Source: a virus (Duplodnaviria > Caudoviricetes). Taken from it: 64,000 nucleotides of DNA. Each line of letters begins with the position of its first letter. The first letter of the stretch is position 1. This document shows positions 13,218-25,732 of this stretch, in pieces. The stretch lies in IMG/VR virus record IMGVR_UViG_3300013426_000018, positions 64,001 through 128,000 of that record, one strand, 5' to 3'. The translations under genes and the position numbers were made by a program. The notes under the pieces were generated by a model. The model was given only the letters and a program-made list of their open reading frames with translations, ran no database searches and had not been told where the DNA came from.

Positions 13218-13796
13218 ATGAATTTGCCCGGAGTATATAAAATTTTTCTTGACAGATGGGATGAATATCAGTCTTGCTTCCTTGTCTCAGATACCCATTT
13301 TGGAGAAATGGATTTAGAAAAAGCATATCCTTTTCGCCCAAAAGCAGAAGAATTCGTTAAGTTAATTAATTCTAAAGTTGGGCGTAAAGATATTATTATT
13401 TGTTTGGGTGATTGCGGCAACCTTGAATACTGGAAGAAGATTCGTGGCTATAAGATACTTATAATGGGAAATCATGATACTAGTATTAAAAAGTGCCATA
13501 AGGTATTTAATGAAGTCTATCAGGGACCTGTTATTCTCGGTGAAAAGTTAATCTTATCCCATGAGCCCATTGCTGGCATCGATTGGGCATTAAATTTTCA
13601 CGGGCATACACATGATGGGCCCATTAAATCTGATCCTTATCATCTTAATATCAACTGCGATGCTAACAAGAGATATGAACCTTTTAACTTAAATAGTATG
13701 TTAAAGCATGGCCCAACTGCACATATTAAATCTCTTCATAGAGATATTATTGATAAAGCAACAACTCGAAAAAGTAAAAGAGGTGCCCGCAAATGA
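13218..13796 (+). CDS. Metallophosphoesterase
   Basis: SDTHFG, LGD, GNHD, SHEP, HGHTH motifs. Confidence 0.85.
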   Translation: MNLPGVYKIFLDRWDEYQSCFLVSDTHFGEMDLEKAYPFRPKAEEFVKLINSKVGRKDIIICLGDCGNLEYWKKIRGYKILIMGNHDTSIKKCHKVFNEVYQGPVILGEKLILSHEPIAGIDWALNFHGHTHDGPIKSDPYHLNINCDANKRYEPFNLNSMLKHGPTAHIKSLHRDIIDKATTRKSKRGARK

Positions 13797-15071
13797 AAGT
13801 TTATATTATTACAGATGATGAAGACGCTTATTTTGTTGAGGAATCTCCATTTGTTTGTTCTAATAGAGGTGACGCTGAAGAGATTCTACTTTCTCTTTTG
13901 GAAGAAGATATGCTAGATTCTTTTAATTATCTTTGTCAGGATGATGAAGAAGAGTTTTGCTGTGTTCCTTCTAGAGTTCTTCCTTGGGAAGATGAATTCT
14001 ATGTAAATTGTAAGCAATGTGATAGATTTATGTGTAAAAAATTAAAAGAAATTCTTAATTGTTATGATTTGATTAGCTTTAATCATTATAAAATTATTGA
14101 AACTGAATTGTTTTAAAGGAAAATATGTGGAGAAAAAATAAATATGAAAAGAATTGGTTACTTTTTGCTCGGTATTGTCTTTGCGTTCGTCCTATCTTTT
14201 GGCATTAATTCGGTTTCTGCTGCTGGTTTTACTGAGCCTTTGGAAATTTATTATCAAAATACTAATCAAGATATGAATACTTTTTGTATTATTGATCGTG
14301 ATACTGGCGTTAACTATGTTGTAGTCCAGTATAAAGCAGATATTTATAAAAGTAATTCTAATGGCTCAGTAGCTATTTGCCCCAGATATGATTCTGATGG
14401 GAGTTTATATATTGATTATGGGAACTAAAGAAATTTAGTTCCTTTTTTTGTTTTTTATTAAAATTTTTGGTATAATATATATAGAAAGAATTAAGGAATA
14501 AAGCTCCTTAAAGAATGAAGAAAGGGATTGATAAAATATGGAAACTAATAGAGTTTATTGTGAAATTTATAACTCTGAAGAAGAAGATTGGGACCTTTAT
14601 CTTATGCCCGCAGATTTGGCATTTAGTATCCAGTTGGTGCTCGGCGGAGAATTTTTTCATTATGTTGATGAATCTGCTATTGAATTTGTGGAAGAATAAA
14701 TTATGGAAAATTATAATACTATTTGGCATATTAAATTAAATGATAATGGTAGACACTTCGATGATGTATATTTCGTTAGAGAAGAAGCTGCTAGACGATA
14801 TATTGAAATTAATAAAGATATATGGCGACGGGAAGGTTTATTTTGGACTCTTGGCGGCGAAACTTTGTGGTTGTAAAGGAATGTGATACTATGGAAAAAA
14901 TGATTTATGTAAAAAACATTGACGTAAATGAAGTTAACAGTTACCTTAAAAAGGCTGGAAAGTTAAGCTTATCTCTTCTGTAGCACAAAGCATTGCTCTT
15001 GGTGGCAAAGATTATGGCCCAGGGAAAGGTTCATATGGTGCTTATGTTGTTCTTGAGAAGGAGGATGAATA

Positions 15072-15938
15072 ATGAAATTTTTTATTGATTTTGAAGCAAC
15101 TCAGTATAGCGAATATATTATTAGTATTGGCTGTGTTAGTGAGATGGGCGAAAAATTTTATACTCTAGTACATCCTGTTAAAAAGAAACTCACTCCTTTT
15201 ATTACTGAAATGACTGGTATTACTAATGAAATGCTTGAATCTGCTCCTGACCCTGATTCTGCTTTTACTCTTTTTGCTGATTTTGTAAAAGAAACCAGTA
15301 GAGGTGAAGTTCCTGAATACTATTGCTATGGAAGCGGAGATAAAAAGTTTATTAAACGGACTTTGAACAGAATGCATAATTTTTATGCTATTATTTTTGC
15401 TCAGAGTATTATGAGTAACCTTTCTGATTATTCAGTTGATGTACTAAATTATTTTAATAGCTTTAAGGAAAATGCTCCTTCTCTTTTTAAGGCCTATTTG
15501 TTTTTGGCTAATAGAGATGGCGAGAAACAGAACCATGATTCTTTGGAAGATGCTCAGATGCTGAAGTATATTTATGAGCATCTTGAGGAAGCCATTCCCG
15601 CAGATGCCGAAAGGGTTTATAATATTGAAGTTGTTCCTAAGCCCTATCCCAAGAAGAGTGAACTTCCTGAATACGTAGTAGATTGGACGCATCGTAAAAA
15701 GAAAAAGATTATTTGGAAAGTTTGCGGAAGCCAGAAGCCTACTACAAAGATTATTGCTTATAATAATGAACGTAATCTGTATTTTGATAGTATCGAAGAG
15801 GCTGTGTATTGGATTAATCATTTCTTTAGACAAGTTTCTTTGAGAAATAAGGGAATTTTTGAAAATACTAAGAGTAGAATTGAGAAAGTCCTTGATAACG
15901 GAAAAGCTTTTTATGGGTTCCAGTGGAGGGTTGTTTAA
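15072..15938 (+). CDS. DEDDh 3'-5' exonuclease
   Basis: IDFEAT, TEMTGIT, HDSLEDA motifs. Confidence 0.8.
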   Translation: MKFFIDFEATQYSEYIISIGCVSEMGEKFYTLVHPVKKKLTPFITEMTGITNEMLESAPDPDSAFTLFADFVKETSRGEVPEYYCYGSGDKKFIKRTLNRMHNFYAIIFAQSIMSNLSDYSVDVLNYFNSFKENAPSLFKAYLFLANRDGEKQNHDSLEDAQMLKYIYEHLEEAIPADAERVYNIEVVPKPYPKKSELPEYVVDWTHRKKKKIIWKVCGSQKPTTKIIAYNNERNLYFDSIEEAVYWINHFFRQVSLRNKGIFENTKSRIEKVLDNGKAFYGFQWRVV

Positions 15939-16259
15939 TGAAAAATGATTGTAAATATTCGGCTGTTAGAGATATTGTAGATGATTGCGAAATTTGTGTA
16001 GTAAATTCTGATTATCTTTATGTACTAGGACGTAAATGCTGTAATGGAAAATGCCCTTGCGATTACTTTTCCCCGGATAATGAAGTTACTTCTTACATTA
16101 AAAAGAGAAGTCCTTTTATTACTGTTAAGCAATATCAAGCAATTATTGCTTTGTTTGGTAGTTTTTTAAAAGATAGTCTTTCTAAGGAAGAGATTAAAAT
16201 TTTTAAAGCATTTTTTGAATTATGGTTTGGCGAAGATATGGCATAAGGAGGAATAGGAT

Positions 16260-17528
16260 ATGTTGAATAAAGACGGAATACGTGAGCTTGCCTACCTGGT
16301 TCGCATTGATGCTATTAAGCCCATCGTTGGCTCTGATAACTGCGAGTGTGCTGTTGTTAATGGATGGGAAGTAATGGTGCGAAAGAATACCTTCACTGCA
16401 AATGATATTGGTATTTATTTTGAAATTGATTCTAAGGTAAATACTACTAAACCCGAATTTGCTTTTCTTGCCTCTAAGGGCGGTAAGATTAAAACTCAAC
16501 GTTATACCTTTGGTGGCAAGGGCTTGATGATTTCTCAGGGTTTGCTGATGCACCCAAGCGATTTTGGATGGACCATTGTAGAAAGAGAAGATGATACTTG
16601 CTCTACTATGGTGGTAGAAAAGAATGGTACTGCCCATAGAGTTGATGATGAATCTCGTTTTCTTACTTTTACTCTTGGAGTAACTTATTCTACTGCGGAA
16701 GATAATGCGCGTAAGACTAATCCAGATGATAAGTATAAGAAGATGGCTCAGCGTCATGCAAAGCTATTTAAGAAGCCTTTTGTACATTGGATTATGAAGC
16801 ATAATTGGGGCCGCAAGGTAATGTTCTTTTTCTTTGGTAAGAAGAAGGATAAGAAAAATGAGTGGCCTGTAGGAAAGTTCCCCGGTGTATCAAAAACAGA
16901 TCAGGAACGTGCTGAAAATATGTCATGGATTTTGAATGATAAGACGCCTTTTATTATGACTCAAAAATGTGATGGCTCTTCTGGAACTTATATTCTTGAG
17001 AGATTAAAGCATAATAAGTTTGAGTTCTATGTATGTAGTAGAAATATTAGAATGATGAATCCTAATCAGGAATGTTTCTATAAGGATAAGAACTATTACT
17101 GGGAAGTAGCTATTAAATATGATATTGAAAATAAGATGCGGGACTACCTCAATAAACATCCCGATGTGTCGTTCGTATGTTGGCAGGGAGAAATTTGTGC
17201 TCCGCAAATTCAGTCGAATCCCCATCATTTGAAAGAGACTCATTTCTATTGCTTCCATATGACTGATAGCAAAACTGGACGTTTTGACATTCGGGATGCG
17301 GCAAAAATTTGGCATGAGTACGATATGGAAGTAGTCCCTATTGTGGATGAAAATTATATTATGCCTGATGAATTTGAAGAGTTCAAGTTGAGTGCAGATG
17401 GCCTGTATGATGCTTCTGTATGTGAGGGAAATCCTAATTGTGCACGAGAGGGATTCGTTTATTATAAGACTACTGACCCAACTTTCTCTTTTAAGAATGT
17501 CTCAAGATTGTATCTTTTAAAGCATTAA
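16260..17528 (+). CDS. ATP-dependent RNA ligase (Rnl2/DRB0094-like, N-terminal OB-type domain)
   Basis: TQKCDGSS, QGEI, REGFVY, FSFKNVS motifs; N-terminal LAYLVRIDAIKPIVGSDN. Confidence 0.85.
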   Translation: MLNKDGIRELAYLVRIDAIKPIVGSDNCECAVVNGWEVMVRKNTFTANDIGIYFEIDSKVNTTKPEFAFLASKGGKIKTQRYTFGGKGLMISQGLLMHPSDFGWTIVEREDDTCSTMVVEKNGTAHRVDDESRFLTFTLGVTYSTAEDNARKTNPDDKYKKMAQRHAKLFKKPFVHWIMKHNWGRKVMFFFFGKKKDKKNEWPVGKFPGVSKTDQERAENMSWILNDKTPFIMTQKCDGSSGTYILERLKHNKFEFYVCSRNIRMMNPNQECFYKDKNYYWEVAIKYDIENKMRDYLNKHPDVSFVCWQGEICAPQIQSNPHHLKETHFYCFHMTDSKTGRFDIRDAAKIWHEYDMEVVPIVDENYIMPDEFEEFKLSADGLYDASVCEGNPNCAREGFVYYKTTDPTFSFKNVSRLYLLKH

Positions 17529-17565
17529 TTTTTTGGTCAAAGTTTAAATATTTATAACTTTTATA

Positions 17566-17614
17566 TTACAGAAAATATTGATGGAAAAATTATATTCATC
17601 AATATTTTCTGTAA
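17566..17614. repeat. Long inverted repeat/hairpin upstream of endonuclease gene
   Basis: TTACAGAAAATATTGATG...CATCAATATTTTCTGTAA. Confidence 0.8.
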
Positions 17615-17629
17615 AAGGTAGGATGAAAA

Positions 17630-18394
17630 ATGGGTAAAGTTATAGATATGATAGGGCAAAGATTTGGAAGATTAATAGTCTTATCGAGAGCTTAGAATGA
17701 TCGTTTTGGAAAAGCTTAGTGGTTATGCCAATGTGATTGTGGAAACCAGAAGATAATTAATGGAGCTTCTCTTAGAAGAGGGCTAACCGTATCTTGTGGG
17801 TGTAATGCTTTAGAAAAAATGGCAGAACATAGATTAGAGTAGGTTAAAGATGAAAGCGGTAAAGTATATGGTTATTTAACTGTAATAGATAGAAATACAG
17901 ATCCTAAAAATGTAAAAGATGGCAGAGCGATGTGGAATTGTCTTTGCAAGTGTGGAAATACTTGTATTGTGTCAGGGAGACTTTTGCGAGAAGGGCATAC
18001 TACTTCTTGTGGATGCCGAAAATAGTCCAAAGGAGAAGAAAAAATTGAAAATATTTTATTAACTAATAGTATTGAATATGCCAAGGAATATATTGTAAAT
18101 GCGAGAAAAGATAATATTAAAGCCAGGGCAAGATTTGATTTTGCGATATTTAAAAATAGCTCTTTATAGTATTTTATTGAATATGATGGAAGTTAGCCTT
18201 TTGAAGAAAATGTCAAAGAATATGGCCATGGCTGGAATCGCAGAGAAAATTATGAAAAAACAAAAGAAAGAGATATGATAAAAAATCAATGGTGTAAAAA
18301 TAACAATATTCCTTTAATTCGTATTCCTTATACACATTTAGAAGATTTGAGATTAGAAGACTTATTATTAGAAACTTCTCAATTTATTATTTAA
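17630..18394 (+). mobile_element. Free-standing homing-endonuclease-like gene (code 15)
   Basis: MGKVIDMIGQRFGRL...WLCQCDCG repeats; FDFAI...IEYDG end; open only with TAG=Gln. Confidence 0.7.
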
Positions 18395-21300
18395 AAGAGG
18401 TTTAAAACATGGAAGAACTAAGACCTTTTCTGTATGAGTATGCTCATGAAAGAATTGGGCGAATGCTCAATTCTAATCCAGAGTATAGAGATATGTCTGA
18501 CGAAAAGCTTTATCAGATCGCTTCTCTTCTGGAAGAAGAATTTAAATCTTATCCTTATGAAGGGGATTTGAAATATTCTCCTAAAATGCCCAAGCACGAA
18601 GCGGCAGTGTGGATTTTTGAATATGTCTATGCACGCAATATGGCTAAACGTGCTAAGGAGGGGTAATTCCCTCCTTTTTTGTTTTTTATAAAATTTTTTG
18701 ATATAATATTTATAGAAAAATTGGGAAGCTATGTTTTCCTAAAAGGAGTTGTGTAATTTATGAATAATCGGATTCCTATTTATATGATTACTAGCTATGA
18801 AGTTCATAATGGAGAAATTCACAGCCAAGTTAATTGGGGTTTTTATTATTGTTTTAAGAATGCTGAAAAAGCAATCAAAGATTGTCCTGAAGATTTTTTT
18901 GAGCATTGTCACAATTACATTGTTATTGAGGAGCTCTTTCCTGGGCTTGCTAATTGTGGTAGAGCAAAATTCTATAAATATAATAGTGAAATTAAAAATT
19001 ATAATAAAATTGTTCGGCCTGAATTTTTTAATAATAAATGTGGTTTCTTTTGCTAAGGAGATATAAATTATGCTAATTAATATCCGACAAGGAATATTCG
19101 AGTCTAATTCATTTCTATATATACATAGTTTAACTATTGGGATGGAAGAGATGACTTCAAGAGGTAGAAAAAATAGAAAGGTCTTTTACCAAAAACTCAA
19201 TAGCTCCTGCGAATGAAAGATATTTTATTATGGATAATGTAGATAATATGTTTAATTATTTAAAGGAAAGGGAAAAAATGTAATGAACGAATGGACTTTG
19301 AGCGAAGTATGCTATAAGAATGGCTTCCGGGATGGGCAGGAGTCAGATGTCTATATTGTAACAAATCCTTACGGAGTTATTTATAGCGCCAGTCATGATT
19401 TAGATTCAGTTATAACTGAGATTGAAGCACTGGATGATTTTAAGACAATTACTCTTTCTATTTACTCCGTAAAGCCTGATGCTTGGGATATGGCCAATTT
19501 TATAACTTCTTATGATTGGAATTTTAAAAACAAGAGATATGAAAAGGTTCCTTAAATTGAAAAATTAAAAAATTTATGCTATAATATTATTATAAAAATG
19601 AAGGGAGCAAATAATTATGGAATATCAGTTTAGAGAAGAGTTTGATGAAGCCAGAAAGTATTGTACAAATGTTTATGGAGTAAATTCTAACTTTGTTAAT
19701 AATGATGATGAAGATGATTGGTTTGCTTGCCCTGAATGTGATGAACCTCTTTTGGCCGAGGATTGGGACAAGATTGAGGATTGGGAGCCTACAACTCCTT
19801 GGTCAGTATGTCCTATTTGTAATTATTCTTGGTATTCTGAAACTTATGGTGATTATGAAGAGGAAGATGATGAGCCTTATGCTGACTAAGTATGATAAAA
19901 TGTGTGTGGATATGAATGAAGCCTTGAAGGGTGGCGATAAGCTTGCACATAAAACTATTTCAGGCATCATTACAAAAAATATTAATGGTTTAGTCACAAA
20001 TTCTAATGAGGTAAGTTGGTAAGCGAGGGATAATTCCTTCGCTTTTGCCTTTTATAAAAAATTATGTTATAATATATATAGAAAGAAATGATAAATATAG
20101 GGAAAAGAAATTGTCCTAATTGTGCCGCACCTTATGATATTCAGTTAAATAAATGTCCATATTGCGGCACTAGTTATTTTGATTTATCTAGCCTTGATTT
20201 AACTAATAAAGAACCTTTTTATTTAAAAATTAAAGCTTCCATTGAAGGCAAAGATTGTTATATAACTCAATTAGTTCGTCCTAATTGTGAAATGGAAATT
20301 CTAGTAGAACGTAATGATATATATGCCACTGGTGGATTAGGGAATGCTAAGTTGGTTGCCTTCCAAGCGGCCTCCTCTCTTAAAACAAAGTTGAGCTTTG
20401 AAGCAACAAAAATGGTAAAAGAAGATTTTATGATTGTGGAGATAGAAGAATGAAATTAAAGACTGAAATAGAATGGTTGCTTTATAAGTGGTTTGGGATT
20501 AAAAGAAAATATCCTTGCGGACGAAAAAAAGGCGAGAGCTATCTTTGTTGTTGCCAGCCATGGATTGCGGAAAGACATTATTTAACAGAAGATAGGAAAG
20601 AATGGCACTGTAAAGTGTGTAATAGATGTGTAATTATGTCAAATCATAAAATGTCTGAAAATTTTGATGAAGTTTTATTTTGAAAAAGTTGGGGGATTTT
20701 TAAAAAAGAAATGAAGGATGTTAAAATTGTGATAGGGGCGTATTATATATGGGTGTTGTAAAAGACTTGACTGGTTAGCAATTTGGAAGATTGGGCAAAA
20801 GTAGAAGGAGATAATCGGTTCTTCAAAGCTCTTGTGGTAACTCATTGTAATGAATTTCCTAAGGGAGTTATTGAAAGTAAGTATTATAGTGACAACCCTT
20901 ATCAACTTAAAGAAAAAAAGTAAATTTGTATTTTTATAAAAATTTTGGTATAATATAAAAAAGGTAGAAAAATTGGTTATGCCATTGGGCTATTGATTGG
21001 TCTGGCTATTAATCTAGCTATTGGAGCATGGGTTGTTATGCTAATGTGGAACTTTGTAATTCCAAGCGTTTTCGGTCTTACTGTCATTAATTTTAAGCAG
21101 GCTTTTGCTTTGGAGCTATTATGTAATTGTCTTTTTGGCGGATTTAGTTATAGTGGATGAAATAATTTTCATCCCCTAATAGAAAGGATTTGGTATACAT
21201 GAGCAAAAGAGGAAAAGTGGAATATAATGATTTTTATTGTTTGAATTGCGGTCAACCCATTATGTTACCTCGTCGAACTGGGCATCAGTATCTCTCTGGG

Positions 21301-21412
21301 CACCGCAAAGTAATTTATTGTCCTTTTTGTAAAGAAACTGTAAATCATGTTCAGTGTAAGACCTATTGGGATGTTGTTGAGTTTAAAGAGGCCTTTCAGA
21401 GAGGTGAGTTCA

Positions 21413-21904
21413 TTGAAGAAGCAAAAGAAAGTATTAATTATGTCCGGAGTAATGGGTAGTGGCAAAACTACTTATTGTCAAAAGTGGATTGCCAAGCATA
21501 AAAATTCAATTTGGATTTCTAGAGATGAAATTAGATATTCACTTCTTGCTCCTGATGAAGAATATTTTTCAAGAGAAAAAGAAGTTTTAAAGGAGTTCCA
21601 CAAGCAAGCTCAAGAAGCAATTGATAATGATCAAGTTGATACTGTTCTTTTGGATGCTTCTCATTTAAGTGATAAAGCAATTTGGAAAACTCTGAAATAT
21701 TTGAATATATCAAGAGAAGTAAAGATTGTAAATGTGCGGTTAAACACTCCTTTAAATGTTTGTTTAGAGAGAAATGCGAGCAGAAAAGGTCGTGCCCGAA
21801 TATCTGATAATGTAATTAAGAATGCTTATAGTATTTTTTTAAATAGCGAGAAGTTTGATTGTGTGCGGAAACGCATCAATGAAGTCTGGGAGGTGACTGT
21901 ATGA
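21413..21904 (+). CDS. Polynucleotide-kinase-like P-loop kinase
   Basis: GVMGSGKTT Walker A, ISRDEIR, LDASH, CLERNASR; adjacent to a phosphoesterase. Confidence 0.75.
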   Translation: MKKQKKVLIMSGVMGSGKTTYCQKWIAKHKNSIWISRDEIRYSLLAPDEEYFSREKEVLKEFHKQAQEAIDNDQVDTVLLDASHLSDKAIWKTLKYLNISREVKIVNVRLNTPLNVCLERNASRKGRARISDNVIKNAYSIFLNSEKFDCVRKRINEVWEVTV

Positions 21905-22462
21905 GCCAGAATATCTTTTTTACTTCTGACTCTCATTGACTTTGGTCATGATAGAGACTTTATCTATAAACCTCGTGGGTTTGACAATATTTATGAGCAT
22001 GATGAAGTCATTATCCAGAATTGGAATAGTATAATTCAGCCTGATGATATTGTTTATCATTTGGGTGACGTGATGTTGGGTGATGATGATCATGGTATTA
22101 AATGTCTTCAAAGACTCAATGGCCATATCCATTTAGTTCGAGGCAATCATTGTACTGATAATAGACTAATTTTGTATGCTAGCTGTTGGAATGTAGAATC
22201 TGTTGGAGATTGGGCTATTATGATTAAAGATGGTAAACAAAGCATTTATCTTAGCCATTTCCCTACTATTACTTCTAATTATGATATTGAAAAACCTTTA
22301 AAGGCAAGGATTCTCAATTTGTGCGGGCATACCCATGGTAAAGATCCTTTCATGGATTGGAATAAAGGCCTTATCTATCATGTTGAATTAGATGCTCATA
22401 ATAATAAGCCTGTAGCATTAGAAGACGTTATGAAAGATATTAGAAAGAGGTTGGAAGAATGA
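21901..22462 (+). pseudogene. Metallophosphoesterase with 4-nt insertion near start (real or assembly artefact)
   Basis: FFTSDSH-[TGAC]-FGHD then LGDV, RGNH, GHTH motifs. Confidence 0.6.
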
Positions 22463-22732
22463 TTAGTATTTGGCATTTATTTTGGATTGTTCCACTAAGT
22501 TGTAGCATTGGGATGTTTGTTACAGCTCTTGTAAGTGTTAATAATCGTCATGGGGAGAATGATTAAGTTCATTCTCCTTTTTATTTTGGGATTGTAGATG
22601 CTCTGGGCGTTAAGGATAGTCATTCCCGCAAATTAAAACAAAAAAGCGATTTAGAAATTTTCAATTGGGTAATTAAAGATAATTAATTTTCTTTAATTTT
22701 AGTAAATAAAAAAGAGAAAAAGGAGAGTTTAT

Positions 22733-23389
22733 ATGGCAGATGTAGAGTATTGTAAATTAAATTTCACCGCAAGTGATATCAATAAAAGACTCGAAGATGT
22801 TGAAAATTTAAATCAAAATGTTAAGGCTATTGGAGAATATAACAAAGATAGAAATCAAAGCACTGGATATATACAGGAGCTTTAGGGAGAAATAAAGACA
22901 GTTGATGATAAAATTAGTGGTTTAAATATTACTTATGTTACGAGAGCAGACTTTTAGAGAATCGAAAGTACTGTTAATAGTCAGGGAGAAGATATTAGGG
23001 ATAATCTGTAGGATATTAAAACTTTACAAGCAAAAACCCTTGGTGTTAATTAGCCTATTGGATAGTCATCTTTACAGGATTAGATTTATAACTTATAGTC
23101 CAATAAAGTAAATATCTCAGATTTTGAAAATTTAAAGGCTAATACTGATAACCAAATAGCAAGTATAAAAAATAAAAATTCTGAATAGGATAGCACATTA
23201 ACCGCAATAGGAAGAATTGAGGATAAAGAAAATGGACAAAAAGGTAGCGGAGAATTAAGAAAATTGTAGCAGATTATAGAAAGTTATGGAGCGATTACAA
23301 CGCTTTAGAACGACATTAACACTTTAAAATCTAGTTTAGAAGCTTTACAGCTTGAAGTAAAAAATCTTAGAGATACAATTGGAGTTTAA
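22733..23389 (+). CDS. Coiled-coil protein, TAG-rich (probably structural)
   Basis: AAGGAG RBS; open to TAA only with multiple TAG=Gln. Confidence 0.6.
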
Positions 23390-23408
23390 AGCTTGAAAAT
23401 ATAAAAAA

Positions 23409-23446
23409 AATAAACCGGATTAACTTAATTGCTAATCCGGTTTATT
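23409..23446. terminator. Bidirectional intrinsic terminator
   Basis: AAACCGGATTA...TAATCCGGTTT hairpin between convergent genes. Confidence 0.7.
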
Positions 23447-23464
23447 ATTATTATTATTATATTA

Positions 23465-24814
23465 CTATTGAATAAGTTTTCTTAATTCTGAAAGTTTGGT
23501 ATCTACTTCTGCTTTTGTATAAAAATTAGAAGTATCATAAGAAATTGCTAAAGCTTTAGTGTTATTTAGTAAAGCTAAGAAAGTAAAAGTGTCTCCACTT
23601 TTAGCCGTCCAATTAGTTAATGAAATACTAGTAGAACTTACAGTATAATTAGTATCTTTTATTAGTAATAATCCATTATAATATACTAGTATATCATAAT
23701 TACCAGTATTACAAGGAGTTTGTATTTTTGTAGGAATTGTAACAGAAGTAGCATTTGCCGTTAATGTAGTTGAATCTGAATAAAATACTGGATAAGTAGT
23801 TTCAGTCTCTTCCGCAAAGAATAATTGTCCATCAAAACCTTCTGTGGGGACAGTAGTTCCATAATTTCCAGAGTTTTCATCAAATCCTAATGGGCCAGTT
23901 AGTTTATGCTCTTCTCCTGCCGTTAGAGGGAGATATTCATCTAAGAATCCTTCACACGCAACAGGTTTGCCATCTTTAAAGTATACAGGATTCTTTGAAC
24001 TACCTGCATTTACAGACCCTAAAGTATCTACTTCAATGCCGGGTAAATGTCCATCAGTTCTAAAATGGTAATTAGCTCCATCATAATAAACTATATACAT
24101 GCCCTCAGGAAGAGTGCAGTTACTGCTTGAGCTAATGATTCCATTAATATAGATCGGCTTGGCTCCTTTAGAATTTATATTTAAAGTTAAAGCTCCTTTA
24201 TAACTATTCGCTAAAGTAATCATTGCTAAAAAATAGCGGTTAGAATCTAAATTATAATAAGAACAATAGCCAGTTTTCGCAGCAGTAGCTCCTGAAGTTC
24301 CAATTTGAACATTCATTGTATAATAGAAATTATTATACCAAAAATCTCTCACCCAATTTGCCCCATCATAAGTGAATGGGACAATCGCTCCAGCCTACCA
24401 ACCATTAGACGTTTGTGAGTTGTTCATACTTTCAGCAGTTGTTGAATCAGTAGCTCCTCTCATCGTTAGGGGAATCGCGTCCCCTCCATTTATTTTTAAA
24501 CTAAGAGGCTTAGTAGTTGTGCTATAGTAAGTATTCGCATAAGTAAATTTGATTAGAACACGAGCTCCTGTAATAAGTTTAAAATTATCGATAGTAACTT
24601 CTTTTATCTATAAGTTGCCTGCTGTAGAGCACTCCCCATAATTAGTGGCATTAGAGATATCTGCTCGAGCTGCATTTAAACATATGCGTTTTGTATCTGT
24701 ATCGATATAAAATTTTCCATCATCTGTGGTAAAGTAGCAATATCCTTCGGTTATATTAGGTCTATTTTTTGTCAAATTATCTTTTAGACCTTTTTCAATC
24801 TTAAAAAGTGCCAA
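23465..24814 (-). CDS. Tail fibre protein (code 15, 2 TAG)
   Basis: ORFs 24608..24814 and 23465..24352 join in frame through two TAGs; WQAGAIVPFTYDGANW and LNINSKGAKPI segments. Confidence 0.7.
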
Positions 24815-24940
24815 TCTTCAGCACCTTCCTTTCTTCTATTTTTTCATCTATTTTGAACTTCTAAGTAAGAAGTTGTCTAAAATTTGCCCTAATAAAAAAT
24901 TTATGATATAATAATTATGAAAAAGATAGGAGGAATAGAT

Positions 24941-25732
24941 ATGAAAGTATGTTTAAACTCTCATTGCTCTCCTAAGTATCTCGAAAAAGCTGATGAAATT
25001 AAAATTAGTTACAAAGATAGAAATAAAATTATCGATTATGTTGAAAAATATCCAAAAGCAGTAATTGTTTTATCTCTAAGAAGCACATCAGAAGATATCG
25101 AAATTACTTGGGAAGAAATTAAACGATATCAAACTCTTTGTAAAGGAAATTTTTTATTTGCAGTAGTTAATGCGAATCAAGTAAAAGAATGTTCCTTTCA
25201 ATTAATTAATTTTTATCTTGATAGGCCAATTAAAACTTTTGAAGAAGTTTATTGGCTAAAAGCTTTTAATAGTAAATATATCTTAGCAGATTCTCCTTTG
25301 TTTTATAGACTAGCAGACTTGAAAGATTTAGGAGGTATTTCATTACGTATTGCCCCAAATGTAGCATATTACGCAAATGACATTCCTCGTTCTAATGGTA
25401 TTTATGGTTCATGGGTCCGTCCAGAAGACATTGAATTATATAGCGATTATATTGATATCATTGAATTTGAAGATTGTGATGTGAGAAAAGAAGAGGCTCT
25501 ATATAGAGTATATACAGAAACAAAGAAATGGCCAATGGATTTGAATAAATTAATTACTAATTTGGATACACCAATTAATAATTTCTATATTCCTGATACT
25601 TTTGGCTTAATGAGACTTACTTGCGGGCAAACTTGTATGTCTGGCGGAGCATGCCATTGGTGCGATAGAGTTATTGCTTTAGCTAATCATAAAGATTTTC
25701 AAGAAAGGCTGAAAATGACTAATGATAATTAA
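24941..25732 (+). CDS. Hypothetical protein with C-terminal Cys cluster (possibly U32-like)
   Basis: RLTCGQTCMSGGACHWC; AGGAGG RBS. Confidence 0.35.
   Translation: MKVCLNSHCSPKYLEKADEIKISYKDRNKIIDYVEKYPKAVIVLSLRSTSEDIEITWEEIKRYQTLCKGNFLFAVVNANQVKECSFQLINFYLDRPIKTFEEVYWLKAFNSKYILADSPLFYRLADLKDLGGISLRIAPNVAYYANDIPRSNGIYGSWVRPEDIELYSDYIDIIEFEDCDVRKEEALYRVYTETKKWPMDLNKLITNLDTPINNFYIPDTFGLMRLTCGQTCMSGGACHWCDRVIALANHKDFQERLKMTNDN

Noticed and set aside
1-24814. Diversity-generating retroelement acting on tail fibre genes
   Set aside because: No reverse transcriptase and no TR/VR repeat pair seen in this window
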